Source: a virus. From it: a stretch of DNA of 64,000 nucleotides. Of the stretch, positions 28,170 through 36,471 are shown piece after piece; position 1 is the first letter of the stretch, and each line of letters opens with the position of its first letter. The translations under genes were made by a program, and so were the position numbers. The notes beneath the pieces are model-generated. The model made no database searches, was not told the DNA's origin, and saw only the letters and a program-made list of their open reading frames with translations. The stretch is from positions 30,959 to 94,958 of the IMG/VR virus record IMGVR_UViG_3300030616_000001; one strand, 5' to 3'.

Positions 28170-28573
28170 CTCGCCGCCTCCTGGCACGTGGACTCGTTGT
28201 CCAGGATCCACTGGTACGGGTTCTGGAGATAGGTCGGCGGCGCGTCGTCGGGGATCGCGGTCTTGACCACGCGCCATCCGAGACGCTCCACCACCTTCGT
28301 GGCGTCGTCGGCCTCCATCTCCACCTTGGCCACGATCCTGCCGCGTCCGGGCGCGGCCATCAGGATCTTGTCGGCGTGGGAGTTGTATCCCACCGTGACC
28401 AAGTCCCCGGTCTGGTACTTGCCGCCGGCGACGGCCTGGGCGATCTTCGCCGCGGCGAACACCCGCTCCCGGTATCCATCGCACGTGCGGAGCCACTTGA
28501 AGATCACGATCTCCTTGTCCACGCACTGGGACTCGGCCTCGATGATCGCCGCCACTGTCTCTGTTCTGGTCAT
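28166..28573 (-). CDS. Hypothetical protein
   Basis: Start MTRTET, ATGA overlap. Confidence 0.65.
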   Translation of the reverse strand: MTRTETVAAIIEAESQCVDKEIVIFKWLRTCDGYRERVFAAAKIAQAVAGGKYQTGDLVTVGYNSHADKILMAAPGRGRIVAKVEMEADDATKVVERLGWRVVKTAIPDDAPPTYLQNPYQWILDNESTCQEAAR

Positions 28574-29571
28574 CCTTCCTCCGTTGGTTTGCGGCGCCGC
28601 CCGGTGCGCTTGCACTGGGTGCACCTGTTGTCCATGTAGCCGTCCATGTGGTCCGCCAGGACCGTGGACAGGCGGTTCCTGAATCGCTTGTTGTCACCTG
28701 CCTTGTACATGAGATCGTCGCTGATCCTGAACGCGACGGGACGGCCGCAGATCGGACACTCCCAGTTGAACAGGGTGCCGCCAGCGATCACGTCCCTAGT
28801 TGCGGATCGCAGTCGCACGTGACCGTAGGAACCGGGACGCCGCCGCGCTCGCCGCAGTTCCGCGTCCTCGATGAACCAGTCCACGTCTCGCTGGTTCGGC
28901 ATCCTGGTCCTGTCGTACTCGGGACCGCCGCGAGCTCGAGCGCGACAACTCTCGCACCTGTTGTCCGACCTGCCGTCCCACATGGCGAACAGTCGATCCA
29001 GCAACGTCTCCATCGCGGCTGGTTCCTGGGCGGCGTAGCCCGCCTCCTTCCAGCTGATCGTGTACTGGACCCGGGTGCCGCAGTGGGGACACGGCCACGT
29101 GAACGTCGCCACGTCGTCGAACGGCCCCTTTGGGATCACGTGGGGCACCCGACCGAACGGTCCCGGAGGCGCGGAGTGGGCCGCCCACCGGCCCGCCACG
29201 TACGCCGCGAACTCGCTGAGCTTCCGTCCCCGGAACTTGGTGCCTGGGTCTATGGGATCGAACCCGCTCGCGGCCTCCCTGGTCCCCCTGTTGAAGTCCC
29301 TCCCAGCCTGGGCAGCACGCCAGAATGCGTCGGCGAAGTCATCCATGACCGACGAGAAGTGGACCGACCAGCCGCCGAACCCGGTGGAACAGCCGGTGGA
29401 ACGGTACGTGTGACCACTGGACGACCGTGTTGAAGATGGCCGCGGCGCCGCCCCGTACTTCTTCTCGTGTTCCGCGATCCGCCGACGGGCGTTCTCCCGC
29501 TCGGCCTCTGTGGCGCCTTGATCGGCGGCGAGTCGCCGCAACGCGTCGATCCTGGCGCGAGGCGTGGTCAC
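28570..29571 (-). CDS. DUF2786-like N-terminus + tandem Zn-ribbon domains
   Basis: RIDALRRLA..GATEAE..NAR; FTWPCPHCG..DNRCESC and FNWECPICG..DNRCTQC. Confidence 0.65.
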   Translation of the reverse strand: MTTPRARIDALRRLAADQGATEAERENARRRIAEHEKKYGAAPRPSSTRSSSGHTYRSTGCSTGFGGWSVHFSSVMDDFADAFWRAAQAGRDFNRGTREAASGFDPIDPGTKFRGRKLSEFAAYVAGRWAAHSAPPGPFGRVPHVIPKGPFDDVATFTWPCPHCGTRVQYTISWKEAGYAAQEPAAMETLLDRLFAMWDGRSDNRCESCRARARGGPEYDRTRMPNQRDVDWFIEDAELRRARRRPGSYGHVRLRSATRDVIAGGTLFNWECPICGRPVAFRISDDLMYKAGDNKRFRNRLSTVLADHMDGYMDNRCTQCKRTGRRRKPTEEG

Positions 29572-29798
29572 TGCTCGATCCTCACCGTCCCAACGGTGTT
29601 GCCGTTGGTATCCAGGAGGGCGTCGCTGATCTGGCGCTTGGACAGGACCCCCATGTGGTAGGCGACGTGCGCCGATGTCGTGTCCACGGCCCTGGCGAGC
29701 ACGTGTCCCACCTCCTCGCGCACACCATCGACGCCGCCGAGATGGGCCGCGTCGGTGAACGCCGCGTTGTCCACGCTGAATTCGATGATCACTTTCAT
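29568..29798 (-). CDS. Hypothetical protein
   Basis: 76 aa; DNAAF...DTNGNTVG motif common in phage small proteins. Confidence 0.7.
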   Translation of the reverse strand: MKVIIEFSVDNAAFTDAAHLGGVDGVREEVGHVLARAVDTTSAHVAYHMGVLSKRQISDALLDTNGNTVGTVRIEQ

Positions 29799-30235
29799 AG
29801 GCCAGTTGTCCTTTCAAACGACGCCATCGCGTGTTGGATCGTGGCGATCTCGTCCCGTGCGATCACGAGGACAGCGTTGATCGCGGCCTGTGGTGTCGGT
29901 CCGTCGGCGTGCCAGTTGCCCCTGGCCATCTGGATGTTTGGTGTCTTCGACCGTTCGAAGAACGCGGTGTAGCTTTTGCCGCCATGGACCGGCGGGTGGA
30001 CGCTCATGGTGCCATCCTCCGACTCGGCCTTGAAGAACCACCCCAGGTTCTCCCACACCTCCGGGCGCCAACCATTCCCGAGGGACTCGGCCAACTCCTC
30101 AGCCCCCCTCAACGCGGCCTGGTACTCCTCCCACGTGCATCCTCGGCCGCACCCTGGTGAACAGTAGGTCACGCCGTCGCGCAACACCGGCTTCCAGCGG
30201 TTCCTGGACTCCGCGCTTGTTCCTGTGTCGTTCAT
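29795..30235 (-). CDS. Hypothetical protein
   Basis: 146 aa; GGAGG RBS. Confidence 0.7.
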   Translation of the reverse strand: MNDTGTSAESRNRWKPVLRDGVTYCSPGCGRGCTWEEYQAALRGAEELAESLGNGWRPEVWENLGWFFKAESEDGTMSVHPPVHGGKSYTAFFERSKTPNIQMARGNWHADGPTPQAAINAVLVIARDEIATIQHAMASFERTTGL

Positions 30236-30236
30236 C

Positions 30237-30665
30237 TCACACCTCCGCGTCTGGGTCGTCCTGGCGCAGGACCACGACCAGCTTGCTTGCCGTGTACACC
30301 TTGCACGCGGGCTTCTGCTTGGGATGACACGCGATCGGCAGGAGCCGCTTCTCGTCTACCCACTCCTGGAGGTAGGCCTGGATCGCAGCGGCCTGATCCT
30401 CCACGGTCTGATCGGCGGCGGCGACGGCATTGTCCAGGCCCTCCCGGTACTCGTCCCGGTCGTCCTTGTCGCGCAGGGCCAACCGTGAGAGGATGTATTC
30501 CTCTCCCGACTCCCCATCAATCCTCGTCATCCGACGGCGGCGGGCCTGCTCCTGCAGGGTTCGGCGCGTCTGGTCCCGGTGCCACGCGTCCAGGTTCCGG
30601 TGCTGTCTGTGACCGCGCACCTTCTTCTTGTGGGCGCCCTTCTGCTTGATCTTGCGCCTACCCAT
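30237..30665 (-). CDS. Hypothetical protein
   Basis: 142 aa with basic N-terminus. Confidence 0.6.
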   Translation of the reverse strand: MGRRKIKQKGAHKKKVRGHRQHRNLDAWHRDQTRRTLQEQARRRRMTRIDGESGEEYILSRLALRDKDDRDEYREGLDNAVAAADQTVEDQAAAIQAYLQEWVDEKRLLPIACHPKQKPACKVYTASKLVVVLRQDDPDAEV

Positions 30666-30996
30666 TGTCGGCCTCGCTGGCGCGGAGATAGAAGAACCCC
30701 TCGAGGCGCGGCTCGTTGGCCATCAGCATCCGCGAGTAGAACGGTTTGTGGTTGTTGTTGAGCTTGAACGGATCCGCGGAATCGGTGTCCATCGCACGGT
30801 GCCAGCGCAGAACCTCGAACAGGCCCGCGATCCCGTAGTGCTTGAACCCACGGTCCACGAGATCCAGGGCAAGGCGCCGCAGTTCCCGGTAGACCCACGG
30901 GTTGTCCCGGTGGAACTGGCGGAACGCCTTCCCCATGTCGGACTCGTCGTCCCGTGTCGCCGCGTCGAGCTCGGGCAGCGTCATCTGGTCATCCAT
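30658..30996 (-). CDS. Conserved phage protein
   Basis: FHRDNPWVY...EVLRW...FKLNNNHKPFYSR. Confidence 0.75.
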   Translation of the reverse strand: MDDQMTLPELDAATRDDESDMGKAFRQFHRDNPWVYRELRRLALDLVDRGFKHYGIAGLFEVLRWHRAMDTDSADPFKLNNNHKPFYSRMLMANEPRLEGFFYLRASEADNG

Positions 30997-31669
30997 CGGC
31001 GTCCTCCTTCTCGATCCGCACTCGCGGTTTCGCCTCCTCCTCTGTCATGAGTGGCTTGTTGTCGATCCAGTGGATCCTGGTCTGGCCCTCCCACTTGCGG
31101 CGCATCTCGTCCAACGCCGCACCGACCCAGAAGATGAAGCAGTATTCCTGGGCCATGTCTGTCTTGCCGTCCCCGGTGAACGAGGGCCGGGCCGTGAGGA
31201 TCCACACCTCCGCCGGCGGCCGCTCCAGGTACAACTTGCTGCGATCCTGGGTGCCCAGGAACGCCATCTTGGTGAGGAACGCCGCCGCACCGTAGGGGCA
31301 CAGAAGTTCCAGGGATCGCCGGATCACCGACTCGCCGATGCGGAACGGGGGGTTCGTTGCGATCACGTCGAACCGCGGCTGGTCCCACCACACCTCGTCG
31401 AACTCGGCGGCCGATGTCTCCCTGTAGAGGTGATCGGGATCCTGATCCCGCCACAGAGGCGGGTCCACGGGCCGCACGTCGTAGCCGTGTGGACGCAGGC
31501 CCATCTCACGACCGGCCGACGCGAAAGGCGCCGTGTCGCCGCAGCACGGTTCCAAGATCCTGGCCAGATGGTTGTCGCTGATCGCCGCCAACTCGATGGC
31601 GTGCCGTACCGCCCACCTGGCCAGGCCAGTGTGGGTGCCGTAGTTGTCGAAGTCTCGTCGCTTGCCCAT
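30989..31669 (-). CDS. DNA amino-methyltransferase (N6-adenine type)
   Basis: D.Y.T, ILEPCCG, TNPPF, RPSF. Confidence 0.85.
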   Translation of the reverse strand: MGKRRDFDNYGTHTGLARWAVRHAIELAAISDNHLARILEPCCGDTAPFASAGREMGLRPHGYDVRPVDPPLWRDQDPDHLYRETSAAEFDEVWWDQPRFDVIATNPPFRIGESVIRRSLELLCPYGAAAFLTKMAFLGTQDRSKLYLERPPAEVWILTARPSFTGDGKTDMAQEYCFIFWVGAALDEMRRKWEGQTRIHWIDNKPLMTEEEAKPRVRIEKEDADG

Positions 31670-31678
31670 CGGTGCCTC

Positions 31679-32164
31679 CTAGAAGGGAATGTCGTCGTCG
31701 TCGGGACCGTAGCCGCCGCCCTGGTTACCACCACCGCCGCCGCCCTGGTCCCCGCCACCACTGGGTCCGCCGCCGCCCTGGTAACCGCCGCCGTCCTGGT
31801 TACCAGATCCCTGGCGACCCTGGCCGCCCTGGTTGCCGCCGCCCAGGAAGATCACGCGCATCGCCTTGATCTCGGTGATCCACTTCTTCTGACCGGTGTT
31901 CTGGTCCTCCCAGCTGCGCGTCTCGATCTTGCCCTCGACGCACACCTCCCGACCTTTCTCCAGGTACTTCCCGGCGGACTCGGCCTGCTTGCCCCACACC
32001 ACCACGTTGTGCCAGTCGGTCTTCTCCTGGCGCTCGTTGTTGCGGTCGAAGTACACCTCCGACGTGGCGACGGAGAACCGACACCGTGCGGTGCCGCTCT
32101 GCGTGTAGGACAGTTCGGGATCCTTCCCGAGCCGTCCGATGATGATCGCCTTGTTCAGTGACAT
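31679..32164 (-). CDS. ssb: Single-stranded DNA-binding protein
   Basis: LNKAIIIGRLGKDPEL...TDWHNVV; Gly-rich tail ending DDDDIPF. Confidence 0.97.
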   Translation of the reverse strand: MSLNKAIIIGRLGKDPELSYTQSGTARCRFSVATSEVYFDRNNERQEKTDWHNVVVWGKQAESAGKYLEKGREVCVEGKIETRSWEDQNTGQKKWITEIKAMRVIFLGGGNQGGQGRQGSGNQDGGGYQGGGGPSGGGDQGGGGGGNQGGGYGPDDDDIPF

Positions 32165-32295
32165 GCGGATCTCCTTCCCCGGATCACAGGTCCGGTGCTT
32201 GAGCCGTTCGGCCCGTAACTGCACTTCCTGGCGGGGGATCTGTCCGCGTCGGTGTTGGTCAATCCGCCCCGCCCAGGAACGGTGTCAACACTGAG

Positions 32296-32324
32296 ATCCT
32301 ACCCCGACCCGCGGCGGATCTCAA
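32296..32324 (-). promoter_or_regulatory. Promoter TTGAGA-N17-TAGGAT for the ssb operon
   Basis: Intergenic, consensus spacing. Confidence 0.7.
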
Positions 32325-32329
32325 GATAA

Positions 32330-32341
32330 TTGTGGCCACAA
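32330..32341. promoter_or_regulatory. Palindromic operator-like site TTGTGGCCACAA (copy 2)
   Basis: 5 bp upstream of the -35 of the ssb promoter. Confidence 0.65.
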
Positions 32342-32363
32342 AATTTGTGCGAAGTAGTCGCGC

Positions 32364-32663
32364 CTAGGACCGCGCGTCCTTGTTGTAGCCGAAGGCGCGG
32401 AGGGCATCGTCGCCGGTGAGGCGGATCGAGATCACGCCGGGCACTTCAAGCTCGATGCACGGCGCATCCGTGGACTCTGGAGACAGTGGTGCATCGCCGC
32501 CAGCCTTGATCTTGGCGAGTTCGTTGCGCCAATTCTCGTGGGCGCGTTCGTATCGCTCGTTCGCCGCCGCGACCTGTGCCTGGAGCCGGTCGTTGGACTC
32601 CAGGGCAGCGTGGAGCTCGCGCTCGAGTCGGGCATTTTCCGCCTGGATTTCCTCGGAGGTCAT
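32364..32663 (-). CDS. Coiled-coil hypothetical protein
   Basis: Start MTSEEI with RBS. Confidence 0.65.
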   Translation of the reverse strand: MTSEEIQAENARLERELHAALESNDRLQAQVAAANERYERAHENWRNELAKIKAGGDAPLSPESTDAPCIELEVPGVISIRLTGDDALRAFGYNKDARS

Positions 32664-32689
32664 GGTGTCCCCCTTGTTCTCCCCGACCG

Positions 32690-33148
32690 TCATTCGGCCG
32701 CGATCCTGGTCTTGCCCAAGGTGATCGGCATCAGCCCCGGGTCAATCCCAGCCGTGGGCATGTGCACGTCCACGGGTCCTTCCTTCATCTGGTTCGCCGC
32801 GTCCAGGGCGCGTCGTCTCGCCGCCTCCCTGAGTCGCTCACCCTTGCCACCTCGTTGCTCCTCGACGGCTTCCGTCGCGGCCTTGGTCTGCCCGGAGATG
32901 CACAGCAACCCCTTGCACCTGGGGCACGTGAGGTTGTGTCCGTCCCCCTGCATCTTCTGGGGCAACCGGTACTCCTCCAGGAGCGGCCGGAACCCCGACC
33001 ACACCGACCGGGACGAGAGGAGGAACCCCTTGTCCCCGACGTTGGCGGGCACCTGGATGCGTCCCACAACCTTGTTCTCGTTGGCGCACGTCACGTCCAC
33101 TTGGACGCCCCGCGCCGAATCCTGTTCGTCAACCCTTGCCTTGTCCAT
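32690..33148 (-). CDS. Hypothetical protein
   Basis: Start MDKARV with AAGGAG RBS; CPRC. Confidence 0.65.
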   Translation of the reverse strand: MDKARVDEQDSARGVQVDVTCANENKVVGRIQVPANVGDKGFLLSSRSVWSGFRPLLEEYRLPQKMQGDGHNLTCPRCKGLLCISGQTKAATEAVEEQRGGKGERLREAARRRALDAANQMKEGPVDVHMPTAGIDPGLMPITLGKTRIAAE

Positions 33149-33662
33149 CGTCTTCTCCTTTGCCTGTTCCTTCGCCTTGTAAAATGGCCCGGGCGGGAGC
33201 AGCCATCCCGTCCGGGCCGGAAGAGGCACCGGCGGACGTCTGGTCCGCCAGGAGCGACCCCATTGTATCAGCGGCGCTGCCGGGCTGCAAGCCTCGTGGT
33301 TTGAACCCCACTCCCCGCCACATCCCGAACGTCAACGCCATCAGCATGGTGTGCCGCGCCTCGGTGCTGTTGTTTTCGAGCCACCCCGTGCCGTCGCACT
33401 TGGGGCACGGCCCCGGATCTTGTTCGGCCCGCAACCGCCCCAGGATCTCCCGCACCTTCGCGTACGCCTCGCGGAACCTGGGGTGACACCCGTGGCGCGG
33501 ATGGTCGCAACCCAGGGCCACAACGGCCCCGTCGCGGATCCTGGCCAACGGCATCCCTTCCACGGTGACGTCCGCGTCCTCGGCGCACACGTGTTCCGCG
33601 CCCATCAGGTAGTCGGGGATCGTCTCCGGGTCGGTGACCTCGATCTGGCGGACCTCACCCAC
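33129..33662 (-). CDS. Hypothetical protein (3' tail overlaps the putative sRNA)
   Basis: GGGAGG RBS + GTG; CPKCDGTG. Confidence 0.6.
   Translation of the reverse strand: MGEVRQIEVTDPETIPDYLMGAEHVCAEDADVTVEGMPLARIRDGAVVALGCDHPRHGCHPRFREAYAKVREILGRLRAEQDPGPCPKCDGTGWLENNSTEARHTMLMALTFGMWRGVGFKPRGLQPGSAADTMGSLLADQTSAGASSGPDGMAAPARAILQGEGTGKGEDDGQGKG
33181..33255 (-). ncRNA. Putative ~75-nt anti-Shine-Dalgarno sRNA (hairpin - UGCCUCUUCC linker - terminator hairpin)
   Basis: Follows promoter 33262-33290; stem CUGGCGGAC/GUCCGCCGG with loop CAGAC; 13-bp stem 33186-33218 (one mismatch) then AUUUU. Confidence 0.55.
33262..33290 (-). promoter_or_regulatory. Promoter TTGCAG-N17-TACAAT with extended TGn
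   Basis: -35 at 33285-33290, -10 at 33262-33267. Confidence 0.65.
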
Positions 33663-34329
33663 AGCCGCGCTCCTCCCAAATCTGCTCCAGCTTCTCCACC
33701 TGCTTCTCGGTGAGGTGGGCCGTCTCGTTGGTGTCCGCCGCTTCCTCGATGAACTGCAACTCCCACGCGGTGAAGTCGTCACCCCGTTCCTCCACCGCCT
33801 CCTGACAGTCCTCGAGCATCGACTCGATCTCTGCCTCGGTGTACGCGTGTGCCATCTTCTCCTCCCACTCGGCGCCCTTGAGCTTGATCAGCTTGGCCAC
33901 CGCATCGAGGGGACCGGCAACCCGGTCGCCCAGTTCGTCCTTGACCTGCGGGCAGTTGCCCTTCGGCTCGGTCTTGGTCATGCGCCACATATCGGCGATG
34001 TCCGCGAGCCGTGACCGGCGCGTGGTGAGGAGCAACGACGCCTCGCGGCAGATCAGCTCCAACGAGGTGCGGGTCATGTCGATGATCCGCTGGCGCAGCG
34101 ACACGATCAGGGGCAACGCCGACTCGTGGACGTCCAACGTGTCCCCGGATCCCTCGGTGGAGTGCCGCGCCTTGGTGATGTCGATCCACGTGGGCCGGCC
34201 GCGCCACCATCCGATCTTGAGGTAGAAGTCGTGCTCGTGTTTGTCCTGGTCGATGATCGTGAACTTGTGGACCAGGGTCTGCACTCCGTCCCTGCCGAAC
34301 GCTTCCGCGACGCGGTCCCAGTACATCAT
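33655..34329 (-). CDS. TSCPD-like domain protein with small C-terminal helical domain
   Basis: FYLKIG..GRP..IDI..LELICREASLLL...GPLDAVAKLI resembles the NrdJ TSCPD domain. Confidence 0.55.
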   Translation of the reverse strand: MMYWDRVAEAFGRDGVQTLVHKFTIIDQDKHEHDFYLKIGWWRGRPTWIDITKARHSTEGSGDTLDVHESALPLIVSLRQRIIDMTRTSLELICREASLLLTTRRSRLADIADMWRMTKTEPKGNCPQVKDELGDRVAGPLDAVAKLIKLKGAEWEEKMAHAYTEAEIESMLEDCQEAVEERGDDFTAWELQFIEEAADTNETAHLTEKQVEKLEQIWEERGCG

Positions 34330-34931
34330 CGTGATCGCTCCACTCCCCAGGCGGCGCCGAACGCCCCCGTCGCTACCAACGCCACCACGGTGGCGATGCG
34401 CCACCCCCACAACTCCAGGTCGGCGCGTGCCGCCACATTGAGCCGGGCGTCGTGTTCCTTGTCCAGCAGATTGGTGATCGACACCAGACCGTTGCGAGTC
34501 GCAGCGTGCGTGTCCTCCCACACCTTGATCTGCAGCTGGAGGTTGCCGATCTGTTGCTCGAATAGCTGGAGCTTAGTTTCCATGCGAATCGCGTAGTACC
34601 ACAGCCACCGGTAGTCGGTGATCAGGTCGCCCATCTGCGCCCACTGGTCCACGGGGAAGCACTTGTACTCCTGGTCCGGGCGGAACGTGACACGGCGCCC
34701 GTTCTCGTCCCTGGGTTCCAGGATCACCCCAGGTGGCACGTCGATCAGGTGGGCCGGTCGCACCCGATCCGCGTCGGTGTCGTCCACATTGGGCTGCGGC
34801 CCAGTGCTGGCGGTGTCGGCGCCGTGGACTACTTCTGCCGCGTCCTCAGTTGGTTCGTCCGCTGACGCCTGGAATCCCACGCTTGAGAATGCGATCCACG
34901 TCACGAATGCTGCGAGCGTTGCTGAGCGCAT
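34326..34931 (-). CDS. Secreted coiled-coil protein with C-terminal TM (spanin-like partner)
   Basis: AxA signal peptide, coiled coil, C-terminal hydrophobic helix; overlaps the upstream gene by 86 nt. Confidence 0.5.
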   Translation of the reverse strand: MRSATLAAFVTWIAFSSVGFQASADEPTEDAAEVVHGADTASTGPQPNVDDTDADRVRPAHLIDVPPGVILEPRDENGRRVTFRPDQEYKCFPVDQWAQMGDLITDYRWLWYYAIRMETKLQLFEQQIGNLQLQIKVWEDTHAATRNGLVSITNLLDKEHDARLNVAARADLELWGWRIATVVALVATGAFGAAWGVERSR

Positions 34932-35247
34932 CGTGTATCTCCTTCCTCTCCCGGACGCTGTCCGCTATCTCCTCGTCCAGGACACGGACCTGCTCGCGCA
35001 GGTCGAACATCTCGGCCTCGAGCGCGTCGATGCGCTCCTCACGGTCCTTCTCGGCGGCATCCACGTCGGCCAGGATCTTGTCCCGGAGTTCCTGGATGTA
35101 GTCCGGGCCGTCGTCGGCCTGGGGCGCGTCGCACCTGTTGACGCCGAACGCGATCCCTGCCGCGACGATCACCACTGCCACCACAACGAACGCCAGCGCG
35201 GGCCAGGCCATCTTGAGCAGTTCCTTGGTCGGAATCGGCGGCACCAT
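34846..35247 (-). CDS. Putative i-spanin (N-terminal TM + coiled coil)
   Basis: Topology and position after the holin. Confidence 0.55.
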   Translation of the reverse strand: MVPPIPTKELLKMAWPALAFVVVAVVIVAAGIAFGVNRCDAPQADDGPDYIQELRDKILADVDAAEKDREERIDALEAEMFDLREQVRVLDEEIADSVRERKEIHDALSNARSIRDVDRILKRGIPGVSGRTN

Positions 35248-35627
35248 CAGAGTTCACCGTCCTCTCCGCCGCAGACCATCGTGCTTTCCAGCGCAGGATC
35301 AGGCGGCACGAGCTTGCGCCCGTCCACGTGCACCTCCAGGTCGCCGTTGAGCTTCTTCGGCACCCCACCGGTCAAGGCCATGGCACGGACGTACATATCC
35401 AGCTGGGCCTGCTTGCCGTTGAAGGCGAGCGCGAGGAACCCCATCGCCACCACGATGCCGGTCATGAACGCGGCCAGTGGCCACCCGAGATCCCGCTGGG
35501 TGAACAGGGCCACCATCGCCATCGCGCAGAACACGACCTCCATGATCAGAAACGCGATGAACTTCTTGCTGCGGAACCACTGCTTCTCGTAGGTCGCCGC
35601 CAGGTCCTTCCTTTCCTTGTCGGTCAT
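35247..35627 (-). CDS. Putative holin (2 TM)
   Basis: WFRSKKF then two hydrophobic helices. Confidence 0.6.
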   Translation of the reverse strand: MTDKERKDLAATYEKQWFRSKKFIAFLIMEVVFCAMAMVALFTQRDLGWPLAAFMTGIVVAMGFLALAFNGKQAQLDMYVRAMALTGGVPKKLNGDLEVHVDGRKLVPPDPALESTMVCGGEDGEL

Positions 35628-35628
35628 G

Positions 35629-36471
35629 TCACCTCCAATCCGCGGGATACTGCCGCGGCCAGTCGCGATCCGGGTCGTGCCGGATCAGGTTGTCCTTGAT
35701 GAAGCACGGCATCTTCTCGCGGGCGCACCGATCCGCGATCCGCGCCGCCGCCCCTGCGATGAACTGTCCCAGGGTTTTGTCCTGGGCCTTGCCGTCCTCC
35801 CGTTCCCACCCCACGATCCGATCGAGCTTCTTGGAACCAGTGCCAGTCTGGGCGCCGACGATGACCCAGTCCAGCCCGCGCAGGAAGAAGTCCTCGTCGA
35901 AGTCGGGGTCCATAAGCGGCTCCACGCTGACACCGAGCAACGGCCCACCCCGGGAGATGTACACCCGCTCCTGGAGTTCGCGGATCCTGGACGCGTCGTC
36001 GTTGGACGTGACGCTGACCCCAAGACACACGTTGCTCGGCCACGGTCCCTGGAGCAGGTTGTCGGGTCGCTTGGTCAACAGGACGAACCGGTGACGCGGC
36101 AGCTTCGCCGCGAACGCGACCAGCATCTCCTGGACCCACGTGTCCGCCGCCTCCTGGTGAGCGCCGCCGCGGCCGGTCCCGTCCAGGTACAGCCACGGCC
36201 CCGGGTTGGCCGGTTCGGACATGGAACCGAGGAACACGATCCTGGGCTTGGTGGCGCGGTCGAGGCGGTCGAGCTCGCGCAGCATGATGTGGTGGTGGTA
36301 TGCCGGGTGGAACGGATCCCCAGTGCACTTCTCCACCTCGATGTACCTGGCCACGCCCCTACGCACGTTCGACGCCGCCGTCCCCCTCGCGTAGCAGAAC
36401 GAGCACTTGCCGCGGCAACCGGTGATGAAGTTCACCGTCTCATCGCACCATTCGATCTTCGTCTTGGCCAT
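35629..36471 (-). CDS. Phage Gp37/Gp68 (DUF5131) radical-SAM-like protein
   Basis: KTKIEWCD..N.ITGC..C..CYA, F.GSMSE, LLTKRP, SVEPL, LDWVIVG. Confidence 0.9.
   Translation of the reverse strand: MAKTKIEWCDETVNFITGCRGKCSFCYARGTAASNVRRGVARYIEVEKCTGDPFHPAYHHHIMLRELDRLDRATKPRIVFLGSMSEPANPGPWLYLDGTGRGGAHQEAADTWVQEMLVAFAAKLPRHRFVLLTKRPDNLLQGPWPSNVCLGVSVTSNDDASRIRELQERVYISRGGPLLGVSVEPLMDPDFDEDFFLRGLDWVIVGAQTGTGSKKLDRIVGWEREDGKAQDKTLGQFIAGAAARIADRCAREKMPCFIKDNLIRHDPDRDWPRQYPADWR

Noticed and set aside
33295-33320. GGTTCAAACC resembling a tRNA T-loop
   Set aside because: No cloverleaf can be built; it lies in coding sequence upstream of a promoter
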